DNA of 38,848 nucleotides from Reclinomonas americana ATCC 50394 (lineage: Eukaryota): positions 46,161 through 85,008 of the forward strand of contig PS015291.1 of the NCBI GenBank assembly GCA_048213135.1, written 5' to 3'. Each line of letters begins with the position of its first letter. Position 1 is the first letter of the stretch. This document shows, in pieces, positions 1 to 11,600 of this stretch. A model generated the notes under the pieces. That model saw nothing but the letters and a program-made list of their open reading frames with translations. It searched no databases and was not told the origin of the DNA. Position numbers and translations under genes: made by a program.

Positions 1-978
1 TGTCAGTGTCTTGCTCACACTGCCGCCGTGTCCGTCGTCCGACGTGATCGTCACTTGCAAACCGTTGCCAGACAGGCCGCCACCACCCACATTCGCCATC
101 AGTTGAGAGCCACTCAAACTGAACTTTCCGCTGTCGGCACCGCCGCTGATCGTGTACGTCGGCGTCTGGCAGCAGTTGGCATCCACCGTCGACAGCGTGC
201 AAATCACACTTCCCAGTGTGGCCGGCGGCACATACGTAGTCGAGCTGCAGTTGATGTTGGTCGGCGCAACGTTGGCTGCGCGCACGCCAAAGCAAGTCAG
301 TTGGTCGTGTGTGACACAGGGAGAAGAATGATTCTCTTTCCATTTCTCTCTTCCTCTCTCCTCCTCACCTTCATCAATCACAAATGTCCGATCAAACGTC
401 TGACTCGTGCTATCCGTCACTCGCACCGTCACCGTCAGGCCATTGCCTGTCTGGCCGGCGTTGCGTAGCACCAGATTGTTGCCGCCTGCAATGTTGAACA
501 GCGCAGCATTGGCGCCACCTTGCACACTGAACGTGAATGTGTCGCCCACATTGGGATCCACGCCACTCAGCACGCCCACGACCGTATTGGCTGCCGCCGT
601 CGGCGGCACGTACGTCACCGACGTGATCAAGATGTTGGTGGGCGGTTGGGGTGCTGTGTGTGCGCATGCATGAAGAGTGTCAGGAGAATGCAAAAGGCAA
701 CCTCAGACGAAAGGGAGGATGCAACTGTCGGTGATGGTGAATGTTTTCTCGAAGAACAGCGCCCCGGTGCCGTCATCGGTCGTGCGAATCACCACTTGCC
801 ATCCTGTGCCGACTTGTCCGTTGGCGGTGATGCGCAACTGGTTGCCAGAGATGTTGAAGAGAGCGGCGTTGACGCCGCCGGTGATGGTGTAGGTGAACGA
901 CTGGCAGCAATTGACATCGGTGGTGGACAGCGTGCCGATCACAGTGTTGGCCATCGTCGTTGGCGGGCTGTACGATGT
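1..978. repeat. Near-identical duplicate of about 8642-9628 (3 exons plus introns)
   Basis: Direct comparison shows exons and introns aligned with scattered substitutions and small indels. Confidence 0.9.
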
Positions 979-3900
979 TGACGATAGTGAAATGTCCGTC
1001 GGTGCAACGTTTACTGCGAAATGTGCAGTGAGCACAGATGGCGACCGCAAGTTATCACGAGGCAGGGAACGTACCTTCGCTGAACAGGAACGTCTTGTTG
1101 AAAGTTCCACCATGCAAGTCGTCGGTCTTCACAGTGACTTGCAAATTGTTGCCGGTGAGATTGGCAACGGCGCTGCGCACCTGGTTGCCGTTCACCTCGA
1201 ACTTGGCCTGATCCGCGCCACCGATAATCGTGTACACTGGCGACTGGCAACAGTTGACATCCGCAGTTGTAAGCGTGGCCAACACGCCATGCAACCCGGT
1301 GTGCGGTGTATACAACAGCGCAGACGGAGTGATGTCCGTCGGTGCCACATTGGCTGTCAAACGACAATCGAAACTTTAGCGCACGTGTCCAAGCAATCAA
1401 TCTCAAGGAAGTGCTCAACAAACCTTCGTCAACGGTGAACAATTTGGTGAAGACGAGACCGCCACTGTCAGTGACGCGAATCTGCACTTGCAATCCGTTG
1501 CCCGTCTGACCAGCAGATGTGAGCTGCAGTTGTGCACCCGAAATGTTGAATAGGGCCGCACTGGCGCCGCCCACGATCGTAAATGTCGCAGTGTCGCCAG
1601 TATTATTGTCAACCATCGCCAGTGTACCCACAACGCTGTTGGCAGCCGCTGTGGGTGGCGTGTATGTGCTCGAGGATAGAGTGATGTCGGTCGGTGCAAC
1701 GTTTGCNNNNNNNNNNNNNNNNNNNNNNNNNNNNNNNNNNNNNNNNNNNNNNNNNNNNNNNNNNNNNNNNNNNNNNNNNNNNNNNNNNNNNNNNNNNNNN
1801 NNNNNNNNNNNNNNNNNNNNNNNNNNNNNNNNNNGAGAGAGAGAGAAAGAAAGAGAGAGAGAGAGCGAGCAGCTGTGTGTTTGGCTGCTTGTGTGCGGGC
1901 TGGTGTAATAAGTGCGGTGCTGATGGTGGTGTCACTCGCTGTTCACACGCGCAGCCAACATGCCGCCCACGGATATTCTGCTGGACTCGACGACGTACAC
2001 ACCACCGGCCTTTGCTAATACGGCAGTCGGCAACTTTTCAGCCGTGGACGCAAACTGCTGTCAAACATTTGTTTTCAGCTTGGTCGGCGGCGCGGACATG
2101 GCCAAGTTCTTGATCGCCGGTGCTCAACTGCGGACTAACGTAATGGGTGGTCTCACTGGCATGAATCTTGAGGTGACTGTGCGGCTCACCGATGGTTTCG
2201 GTGGCTCGTTTGACAAGACATTCTACATCAACGAAAGTTGCGTTGTGGATGCTGTCGGGTCTGCTCTGGTTGCTCACATTGTGCGCGCAGTCAATCTCGT
2301 TCCATCCAACATTACCTTGTCGACACTGACGTACACGCCACCACTGGCGCTGAACGGAGTCATCGGCTCGCTGACGACTACCGACGGCAACTGCTGTCAG
2401 TCGTTCACGTACTCGATCACTGGCGGTGCTGATGCCGCCAAGTTCGCTATCGTCGGCTCGCAGCTGATGTCGAACGTGAATGGCCTCACCGGCAACAGCT
2501 TGCATGTGACCATTCGCACCAACGATGGAGCTGGTGGAACATTCAGCAAGGCGTTTGTTCTTGACGAAGGTTGGTGCTGCTCGTCAACTTGCACTGCACG
2601 TTGTGTTCCATTCTCATTCTCACTTCCACTCTCGCATTGCCGCAGCCAATGTTGTCCCCACAGCCATCGCTCTGGCGTCACTTCTTTACACACCTGTACC
2701 CGCACCCTCGGGGACTGTCGTTGGAACCTTGACGACCACGGATGCCAATTGCTGCCAGATCTTCACCTACAGCATCACCGGCGGAGCAAATGCAAGTAGC
2801 TTCTCTATCACGGGCAACCAGCTCGTGGCCGTGCAAGGAGGCGCGGGCTTGACGGGCAACAATTTGCTGGTGCGAGTACAGACGGACGACAGCCATGGCG
2901 GGGTGTATAGCCAGACATTCTCAATTAGCGAAGGTTCGTGTGGCAGCTGCGCTGCTTTTAGTTACTATTGTCTCTTTCTCACTCGCTACTTGCANNNNNN
3001 NNNNNNNNNNNNNNNNNNNNNNNNNNNNNNNNNNNNNNNNNNNNNNNNNNNNNNNNNNNNNNNNNNNNNNNNNNNNNNNNNNNNNNNNNNNNNNNNNNNN
3101 NNNNNNNNNNNNNNNNNNNNNNNNNNNNNNNNNNNNNNNNNNNNNNNNNNNNNNNNNNNNNNNNNNNNNNNNNNNNNNNNNNNNNNNNNNNNNNNNNNNN
3201 NNNNNNNNNNNNNNNNNNNNNNNNNNNNNNNNNNNNNNNNNNNNNNNNNNNNNNNNNNNNNNNNNNNNNNNNNNNNNNNNNNNNNNNNNNNNNNNNNNNN
3301 NNNNNNNNNNNNNNNNNNNNNNNNNNNNNNNNNNNNNNNNNNNNNNNNNNNNNNNNNNNNNNNNNNNNNNNNNNNNNNNNNNNNNNNNNNNNNNNNNNNN
3401 NNNNNNNNNNNNNNNNNNNNNNNNNNNNNNNNNNNNNNNNNNNNNNNNNNNNNNNNNNNNNNNNNNNNNNNNNNNNNNNNNNNNNNNNNNNNNNNNNNNN
3501 NNNNNNNNNNNNNNNNNNNNNNNNNNNNNNNNNNNNNNNNNNNNNNNNNNNNNNNNNNNNNNNNNNNNNNNNNNNNNNNNNNNNNNNNNNNNNNNNNNNN
3601 NNNNNNNNNNNNNNNNNNNNNNNNNNNNNNNNNNNNNNNNNNNNNNNNNNNNNNNNNNNNNNNNNNNNNNNNNNNNNNNNNNNNNNNNNNNNNNNNNNNN
3701 NNNNAAAGGACGTAAGGACGATTCTCGACAGCAACGCAAAAGTTGCGCAGCTATCGACCTTGTGTGATGGTAAACATTTTGAAAAATGCCAGGCCACCAG
3801 CATCGACGGCGCGAAGGACTACTTGGAAGCCAGTGCCGATCTGACCGGCGGCAGTGATGCGAAGCGAGGCGCCAAGAATGTTGAACACGGCAGCATCGGT

Positions 3901-5585
3901 GCCGCCGCTCACCATAAACGTGTGGGTGTCACCAACATTTGGATCGACCGCAGAAAGTGTGCCGACCACAACATTGGCGACTGCCGTTGGCGGCGCATAC
4001 GTGGAAGCCGACAGCACAATGTCAGTGGCCGAGACATTCACTGCGCAGAACAAGTGGTGTGTCAGCACCAACACCACATCGCCATCAACCATGAACGCCG
4101 ACTCACCATCCACAATGGTAAACGTCTTGTCGAACCACAATGCGCCAGAGTCGGTGACTCGAATGGTCACAGACAGATTCGTACCGACCTGCCCTGCATT
4201 GACCAGGCGCAAACTTGTTCCAGCGATCGAGAAGAGCGCAGCATGTGCTCCACCCTGAATCGTGTACACAGCCGTCTCCACAGTGTTCGGATCGGTTCGA
4301 CTCAACGATCCGACAGCTGTTTGCGGGACCGTGGTTGGCGGAACGTAAGACGAGTTCGACAGTGCGATGTCCGTGGGCGGCATGTTGGCTGCGCGTGTGA
4401 ACAGAGAGTGATACCACCATCAGCACCACACTTATTACACCAGCCCGCACACAAGCAGCCAAACACACAGCTGCTCGCTCTCTCTCTCTCTTTCTTTCTC
4501 TCTCTCNNNNNNNNNNNNNNNNNNNNTGTCTCTGTCTCTCACACAGAAACACACGAACACGCACCTTCAGAGAGCGTCAGCGTCTTGTTAAACGTCCCAC
4601 CCGCACCATCATTCGTCCGCACAATAACCACCAGATTGTTGCCCGTCAGTCCCGCAACATTCACCCGCACCTGATTGCCACTGATGTTGAACGACGCCGC
4701 ATTCGCACCACCCACAATGCTGTACGTGAACGTCTGACAGCAGTTCGCGTCCACCGTCGACAGCGTGCCCACAACCGTGTTCAGTGGCGCAGGTACCGGC
4801 GTGTACAGTGTCGAGCTGATGCTCACATCCGTCGGTGCAACATTGGCTGCACTCACCACAACACATCAATCGTGTCAGCAGACATCACCCTCCCTTCTTT
4901 TTCCATATTTCCCCTTCCACGCACCTTCGTCCACTGTAAACGTCTTCGAGAACGTGAGCGCCGCTGAGTCTGTCACACGAATCGTCACCGCGAGCCCAGT
5001 GCCAGTCTGTCCCACGTTCGACAGTCGCAGTTGATTGCCCGCAATGTTGAACGCAGCCGCATTCGCCCCACCAGTAATGGCAAACGTGAACACATCACCA
5101 AGATTGCCATCGACGGCAACCAGCGTCCCCACAACCACATTCGTTGACAGCGTCGGCGGCACATACGTTGACGACGACAACACAATGTTCGTCGGTGCCA
5201 CAGGACCTGCATCACTCGACACAGTCAGCACAAAGAATCAACGTACCACAGCACAACACATGCACACGCAACTGTCGGTGATCACAAACGTCTTCTCCAC
5301 AAATGCTCCACTATTGTCAGTCGCTCGCACAATCACCGTGAATCCACTTCCCGTCTGTCCGCTGGCACTCAGTCGCAGCTGACTCCCCGAAATGTTGAAC
5401 AGACCGCTGTCCGCTCCACCACTGATCGTGAGCACGTGCGTGTCGCTGCCATTCGCATCCACCACTGTCATCGTTCCCACGACAACATTCGTACTCGCCG
5501 TCGGCGGCGCATACGTGTTGTTCGACAACACAATGTCCGTCGGTGCCAGGTTCGCTGCATCTCAATCATTCAGTGCACACGCCTC

Positions 5586-5627
<42 letters not shown>

Positions 5628-8600
5628 AGAATTGAAAACCACACCTTCGTTGACGGTGAACAGCTTGCTCAGGGTGCCACCATTTTGATCGTCCGTCTGA
5701 ATCTGCACCTTCAGGTTGTTGCCCGTCAGTCCTGCCACATTCGACCGCAACTGGCTGCCCACAATCGCAAACTTGGCCTGATCCGCCCCGCCGACAATCG
5801 TGTACACAAATGTCTGGCAGCAGTTGCTGTCTGACGTGCTCAGCGTCGCCACCACACTGCTCATTCCAAGCGGCGGCGGATACAGCAGCGTCGACAGAGT
5901 CACATCGCTCGGCGGCACATTCGCTGTGTGTATGCACGTCCACAATGTGTGAGCTCACCACTTCCCACTGCGCACTGCACGTTCTTCTGAAAAGAATACT
6001 CACTCTCGTTCACAACAAACGCCTTCGCAAACGCAAATCCGCTGCTGTCCGTCACTCGCACCGTCACTTGCAGTCCAGTGCCGCCTTGTCCGCTGTTGCG
6101 TAGCACCAGGTTCGACCCAACAACATCGAACAGAGCTCCATTCGTGCCACCTTGAATCGTGTACGTGAACGTGTCCAACACATTGCCATCTGTCGCAGAC
6201 AGCGCGCCCACCGCTGAATTCGTTGATACGGTCGGCGGCGTGTACACACTGCTCGACAGCGAAATGTCCGTCGGTCCAACAGGCACTGCACACGGTGTGA
6301 GTATCATCTCTCTCACGATCACCACATGCCATTATCACACAATATCCGCCGCACTCACCATCGTTGATCGTAAACTGCTTCGCAAACGTCGCACCGCCAC
6401 TGTCTGTCGTCTGCACAACCACCACAAGGCCAGTGCCACGCTGTCCAGCAGCAACAATCCGCAGCTGCGATCCGGCAATCTCAAACACACTGCTGTCCGC
6501 TCCACCCACAATCTGGTATGTGAACGTCTCTCCTGTGTTCGCGTCCGTTGTCGACAGACTTCCCACAACACTGTGTGCCGCCGCAGTCGGCGGCGTGTAC
6601 GTGTTCGACGACAGTGCAATGTTGGTCGGCGCCACATTGTCTGCATACACACGCACACACACACATGAATATCGACAGGATCTCCATCTCACTTCCCTCG
6701 CGCATCACGCAACTCTCAGAGATCGTAAACGTCTTGTCAAATGTGCCGCCTGCCTGATCGTCTGTCCGCACTGTCACCTGCAGTCCGGTTCCGCTCTGGC
6801 CCGCCGCCCGAAGCACGAGATTCGTTCCCGCAATGTCGAACAGCGCACTGTCGCTGCCGCCGACAATCGTGTACACATGAATCTGGTTGGTGTTGGCGTC
6901 CATCGACGTCATACCGCCAATGACTACATTCGTCGTCGCCGTCGGCGGCGTGTACCGCGTCCCAGACAGCAGAATATCAGTCGGGATCACATTGGCTGTA
7001 GACGGCAGCGAGGGGTGAGTTCACCAGGCAGCACTTTAGTATGGACGTATTCGACCACTCACACTCCGACACCAGGAACGTCTGCAGATACGTTCCACCG
7101 TTGCCATCGTTCGTCTCCACTTCCACCTCCAGGTTGTTCCCCGTCTGGCCCGCCGCACTCAGTCGCAGGTTCGACCCACTGATGTTGAACAGCGCCTGAT
7201 TGCTGCCACCAGTGATGCTGTACGTGAACGTCTGACAGCAGTTCGCATCCACTGTGCTCAGTGCTCCAACAACAACATTCGTCGTTGCAGTCGGTGGCAA
7301 GTACACTGTGCTGCTGATGTTGATGTGCGACGGCACCACGTTCGCTGCACGAGTGCGAGCACACCCGTTCAGCACAACCAACTGTTTGTGCACACACAAC
7401 AGGCACCACAATACTCACCCTCGTTGATCGTGAACGTCTTGTTGAACGTCAGTCCACCCGAGTCCGTCGTCCTCACTTGCACCTGCAATCCGGTTCCACC
7501 GAATCCATTCGATCGAATCACCAGATTGCTGCCCACAATATCGAACGACCCAGCATCCGTTCCACCCACAATGCTGTACGTGAACGTGTCTGTCACATTC
7601 GCATCCGTAGTCGTCATCGCACCCACAACACTGTTCGTGCTCGTCGTCGGCGGCGTGTACACCGTCGACGACAGTGCAATGTTGGTCGGTGCCACAGGAA
7701 CTGCGCAGCCGCCATGAATTGAGCAACAACTGGCGGCACATACACACATGCAGACACCAACAACTCACCGTCATTCACAGTGAACGACTTGTCGAACGTC
7801 GCACCACCGCTGTCCGTCGTGCGAATCACCACCACGAGTGCAGTTCCCGTCTGTCCATTCGCACTCAAGCGTAACTGTGTCCCGCTCACATTGAACAGCG
7901 CCTGCGCAGCGCCGCCGACCACCGAGTACACAAACGTCTCGCCCGTGTTGGCGTCCGTCGAGCTCAGTGTGCCAATCACTGTGTTGACCATGCTCGTCGG
8001 CGGTGTGTACGTGTTCGCCGACAGCCCGATATTCGTCGGCGCCACATTGCCTACAACACACGGCAGAGTCAGCTGACTGCATCGTGATTCACAAACACAA
8101 GCTGCGGCACGCACTCTCGTTGAANNNNNNNNNNNNNNNNNNNNNNNNNNNNNNNNNNNNNNNNNNNNNNNNNNNNNNNNNNNNNNNNNNNNNNNNNNNN
8201 NNNNNNNNNNNNNNNNNNNNNNNNNNNNNNNNNNNNNNNNNNNNNNNNNNNNNNNNNNNNNNNNNNNNNNNNNNNNNNNNNNNNNNNNNNNNNNNNNNNN
8301 NNNNNNNNNNNNNNNNNNNNNNNNNNNNNNNNNNNNNNNNNNNNNNNNNNNNNNNNNNNNNNNNNNNNNNNNNNNNNNNNNNNNNNNNNNNNNNNNNNNN
8401 NNNNNNNNNNNNNNNNNNNNNNNNNNNNNNNNNNNNNNNNNNNNNNNNNNNNNNNNNNNNNNNNNNNNNNNNNNNNNNNNNNNNNNNNNNNNNNNNNNNN
8501 NNNNNNNNNNNNNNNNNNNNNNNNNNNNNNNNNNNNNNNNNNNNNNNNNNNNNNNNNNNNNNNNNNNNNNNNNNNNNNNNNNNNNNNNNNNNNNNNNNNN

Positions 8601-11600
8601 NNNNNNNNNNNNNNNNNNNNNNNNNNNNNNNNNNNNNNNNNCGTCAGTGTCTTGCTCACACTGCCGCCGTGTCCGTCGTCCGACGTAATCGTCACTTGCA
8701 GACCGTTGCCAGACAGGCCGCCGCCACCCACATTCGCCACCAGTTGAGAGCCACTCACACTGAACTTACCGCTGTCGGCACCGCCACTGATCGTGTACGT
8801 CGGCGTCTGGCAGCAGTTGGCATCCACCGTCGACAGCGTGCAAATCACACTTCCCAGTGTGGCCGGTGGCACATACGTAGTCGAGCTGCAGTTGATGTTG
8901 GTCGGCGCAACGTTGGCTGTGTGCATGCCACAGTAAGTCAGTTGATTGTGTGTGTGAAACAGGGAAGGGAGAAGAATGATTCTCTTTCCATTTCTCTCTT
9001 CCTCTCTCCTCCTCACCTTCATCAATCACAAATGTCCGATCAAACGTCTGACTCGTGCTATCCGTCACTCGCACCGTCACCGTCAGGCCATTGCCTGTCT
9101 GGCCGGCGTTGCGTAGCACCAGATTGTTGCCGCCTGCAATGTTGAACAGCGCGGCATTGGCGCCGCCTTGCACACTGAACGTGAACGTGTCGCCCACATT
9201 GGGATCCACGCCACTCAGCACGCCCACGACCGTGTTGGCTGCTGCCGTTGGCGGCACGTACGTCACCGACGTGATCAAGATATTGGTGGGCGGCTGAGGC
9301 GCTGTGTGCGTGTGCGCATGCATGAAGAGTGTCAGGAGAACGCACTAGGCAACCTCAGACGAAAGGGAGAACGCAACTGTCGGTGATGGTGAATGTTTTC
9401 TCGAAGAACAGCGCCCCGGTGCCGTTATCTGTGGTTCGTACTCGCACCTGCAAGCCACCGCCGACCTGTCCGTTGGCTGTGATGCGCAACTGGCTGCCAG
9501 AGATGTTGAAGAGAGCGGCGTTGACGCCGCCGGTGATGGTGTAGGTGAACGACTGGCAGCAATTGACATCGGTGGTGGACAGCGTGCCGATCACAGTGTT
9601 GGCCATCGTCGTTGGCGGGCTGTACGATGTCGCAGACAGTGACAAGTTGCTCGGAGCCACATTCGCTGCATCACGTCGGATAATGAGTCTACCCTCCACA
9701 GCATGTTGACCCCAGTCGACTGCATGACACTCACCTTCGCTAATGGTGAATGATTTGGAGAACTGTCCGCCATTCTGGTCGTCGGCTTGAATCGTCACCG
9801 AGTACGAGTTGCCGGTAAGGCCGCTGACATTGCTCAGCAACTGATTGCCGGAGATGGCAAACTTGGCTTGATCCGCGCCACCGACAATCGTGTACACTGG
9901 CGACTGGCAGCAATTGGCATCCGCTGTCGAGAGCGTGCCAATCACTCCGTTGAGTGCGAGTGGTGGGGTGTACAGAGTGCTCGACAGTGAAATGTCCGTG
10001 GGGACGACGTTAGCTGCATGCGTTGCGAAGCCATGTGAGCGAAAGCGACTGGTTCGATGAGAGGAAGTGCAGCACACTCACCTTCGTTAATGGTCACGGT
10101 TTTGTTCACGAACAGCGACCCGGTGCCGTTGTCAGTCGAACGAATGATGACAACGAGTCCAGTCCCCGTCTGCCCGGCGGCGGTGATGCGCAGCTGATTG
10201 CCAGAGATGTTGAACAAGGCTGCCGATGCTCCACCTTGAATACTGTACGTGAACGACTGGCAGCAGTTCGCGTCCACTGTGCTCAGCGTTGCCACGACAA
10301 TGTTGGCCCCCGCAGTCGGTGGCACGTATGTCGAGCTCGACAGCACAACGTCCGTCGGCGCCACATTTGCTGTGTCGCACACACACAAAGTCAGCGAGAT
10401 CATACAAGCCCCGCTGCACACACCATCAAGACGTACCCTCGTCGATCGTGAACGACTTGTCCACAAAGAGTCCACCGGCACCGCTGTCAGTCGACCGCAC
10501 CGTGACGACCAGCCCGTTGCCGGACTGACCTGCGTTGGTGATGCGCAGACTGCTCCCTGAGATGTTGAACAGAGCAGCGTTGGCGCCCCCCACGATGGAG
10601 TACGTGAACGTCTGACAGCAGTTGCCGTCGGTGGTAGACAGAGTTCCCACGACGCTGTTGGCGGCGGCCGGCTTTGAGTACAATGTGCTAGACAGTGCGA
10701 TGTTGGTCGGCGCAAGATTGACTGCGGAGTTGGGACAGGGATGAACATAGCTGCAGAGCACAACAACACATGCTGGCGAGGATACCTTCGCTGATCGTCA
10801 GCGTTTTGCTGAAAGTGCCACCGTTCTGATCGTTGGTGGTGATCTGCACTTGCAAGCCGTCTTCTGTCAGCCCCGCAATGTTCGAACGCAGCTGCGCGCC
10901 AGACAAGTTGAACTTGGCAGCGTCAGCGCCGCCACTTATCGTGTACACAAATGTCTGGCAGCAGTTGCCGTCGGTGGTGGTCAGCGTGCCAATCATTCCA
11001 TTGAGAGCAAGTGGTGGCGTGTACACGGCCGACGACAGCACAATGTCGGTCGGCGTGAGATTCGCTGTTTTTTCAGTGAAGAATGAGCGTAAGGCGGAGA
11101 GTGTACAAGGTGACAGCAATGCGTGTCTCACCTTCGTTAATTGTAAACGTCACGCTGACGAACAGAGAACCGCTGCCGCTGTCCGTCGAACGGATCGTCA
11201 CCTGCAGTCCAGTTCCGGTCTGGCCGCTGCTTGTAAACCGCAGCTGCGAGCCCGAAATGTTGAACAGGGCTGCATTTGCTCCGCCGACAATCGTGTAGGT
11301 GTACGTCTGACAGCAATTGGCATCGGTAGTCGACAGTGTGCCAATCACTGCATTCGCGCCAACCGACGGCGGTGGGTACGAAGTGCTTGACAGCGAGATG
11401 TTAGTCGGCGCCACGTTGGCTGCAGTCGGATGTAGGCGTGAGAAAAGGAATACTGGATATGAGGGATCGCATGCTCTATAAGCTGCCGCGCAACTCTCGC
11501 TGACTGTGAACGTCACGTCGAAAAACAAGGAGCCGGTGCCACTGTCGGTCGACCGCACAATCACCACGTATCCGTTGCCAGTGAGACCCGCGCTGGTGAT

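Noticed and set aside
2995-3704. Long X-containing ORFs across N runs (also at other gaps)
   Set aside because: They are artefacts of assembly gaps.
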